The position numbers and the translations under genes were made by a program. From IMG/VR virus record IMGVR_UViG_3300005611_000096, positions 1 through 35,432 of that record: a stretch of DNA of 35,432 nt; one strand, 5' to 3'. This document shows positions 34,987-35,432 of this stretch, piece by piece (position 1 is the stretch's first letter; each line of letters starts with the position of its first letter). A model generated the notes under the pieces. That model saw only the letters and a program-made list of their open reading frames with translations, did not search any database and was not told the origin of the DNA. The stretch is from a virus (Duplodnaviria > Caudoviricetes).

Positions 34987-35432
34987 TATATTATACTTGG
35001 TAAATCATAACTCATAACTGCTTTTTTTGTAGTTAAAGCATTGATTTCTGATTCTACTGTATCACATTGGTCTCTTAATGCTTGTCTTGCTGAAGTTATA
35101 TCAGCAGGTATTGCATCTCCTGTTTCTTGGTTTCTTATAATATACCAGTCTGTTTGTTGTAATTTAATCCCTGTAGAATGTTTAAAGTTATTTATTTGCT
35201 GCTCTTTTAATTCAGCTAAAGTTTTTACCCAAGTTTTATTTGAAACATCTTTAGTAAAAGTTTCACTTGCAGAATCAAAATATAATTCTCCTAAATCTTC
35301 TACTCTTGAATCGTAATCTGGAATTATCACATCATAAAAACCATAAGTCTTTAACTGCTCATCTGAAAGTAAATCAAATCCTCCAAGAACATTTCCCCAA
35401 GAAGATGGAAGTTTACTGTATTGTTTAATTTG
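34986..35432 (-). CDS. Tail fibre chaperone-like protein, allele B (5-prime end truncated by the window edge)
   Basis: Aligns with 1075..1521. Confidence 0.8.
   Translation of the reverse strand, partial: QIKQYSKLPSSWGNVLGGFDLLSDEQLKTYGFYDVIIPDYDSRVEDLGELYFDSASETFTKDVSNKTWVKTLAELKEQQINNFKHSTGIKLQQTDWYIIRNQETGDAIPADITSARQALRDQCDTVESEINALTTKKAVMSYDLPSII

Larger units (their letters stand above)
1..35432 (-). mobile_element. Near-complete or complete tailed bacteriophage genome (siphovirus-like, probable Bacteroidota/Flavobacteriia host); unit length 33851 or 33911 bp depending on fibre allele
   Basis: TerL, portal, capsid, tail, tape-measure, holin and endolysin genes all on the minus strand; ends overlap each other; no host housekeeping genes. 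Confidence 0.95.

Noticed and set aside
1842-35316. Other plus-strand ORFs in the track (e.g. 1842, 6872, 9173, 12042, 25009, 31581, 32639, 35041)
   Set aside because: Antisense shadows of well-supported minus-strand genes, often with non-ATG starts and low-complexity products
1-35432. Prophage/integration module, tRNA genes, alternative genetic code, true long terminal repeats
   Set aside because: No integrase, att-like context or cloverleaf seen; genes are intact under the standard code with all three stops used; the end overlaps differ internally and TerL is a headful-type family

Overview
The window is essentially one complete ~33.9 kb tailed-phage genome (siphovirus-type, AT-rich, all credible protein genes on the minus strand). 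TAnnTTT(G/A)-type promoter boxes and AT-rich start regions without a Shine-Dalgarno point to a Bacteroidota/Flavobacteriia host (inference). Read right to left, it contains a lysis cassette, a recombination/replication module (ERF, SSB, RecA-fold ATPase, RusA, RecE-like nuclease, DnaA-C-like protein), an ECF-like sigma factor, TerS/TerL, a 3.2 kb AT-rich accessory/regulatory island and the virion genes. No integrase, repressor, DNA polymerase or primase was recognised. The two ends overlap (1..55 = 33852..33906; 1445..1521 = 35356..35432) but carry two different alleles of the tail-fibre plus chaperone cassette, most likely co-existing strain variants joined by the assembler. Signals missing from the ORF track: a twice-repeated regulatory module (TACTGCGTTTAA arrays plus 11-bp-period CTTAAC(C/G/A)T boxes resembling Pho boxes) heading two early-gene cassettes; candidate small RNAs complementary to the start codons of those genes; a 28-aa CDGSH [2Fe-2S]-motif microprotein and other micro-ORFs in the lysis cassette; a -1 frameshift with a long dual-coding stretch; and a shared late-promoter motif. 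All calls come from reading the sequence and recalling motifs; no searches were run.
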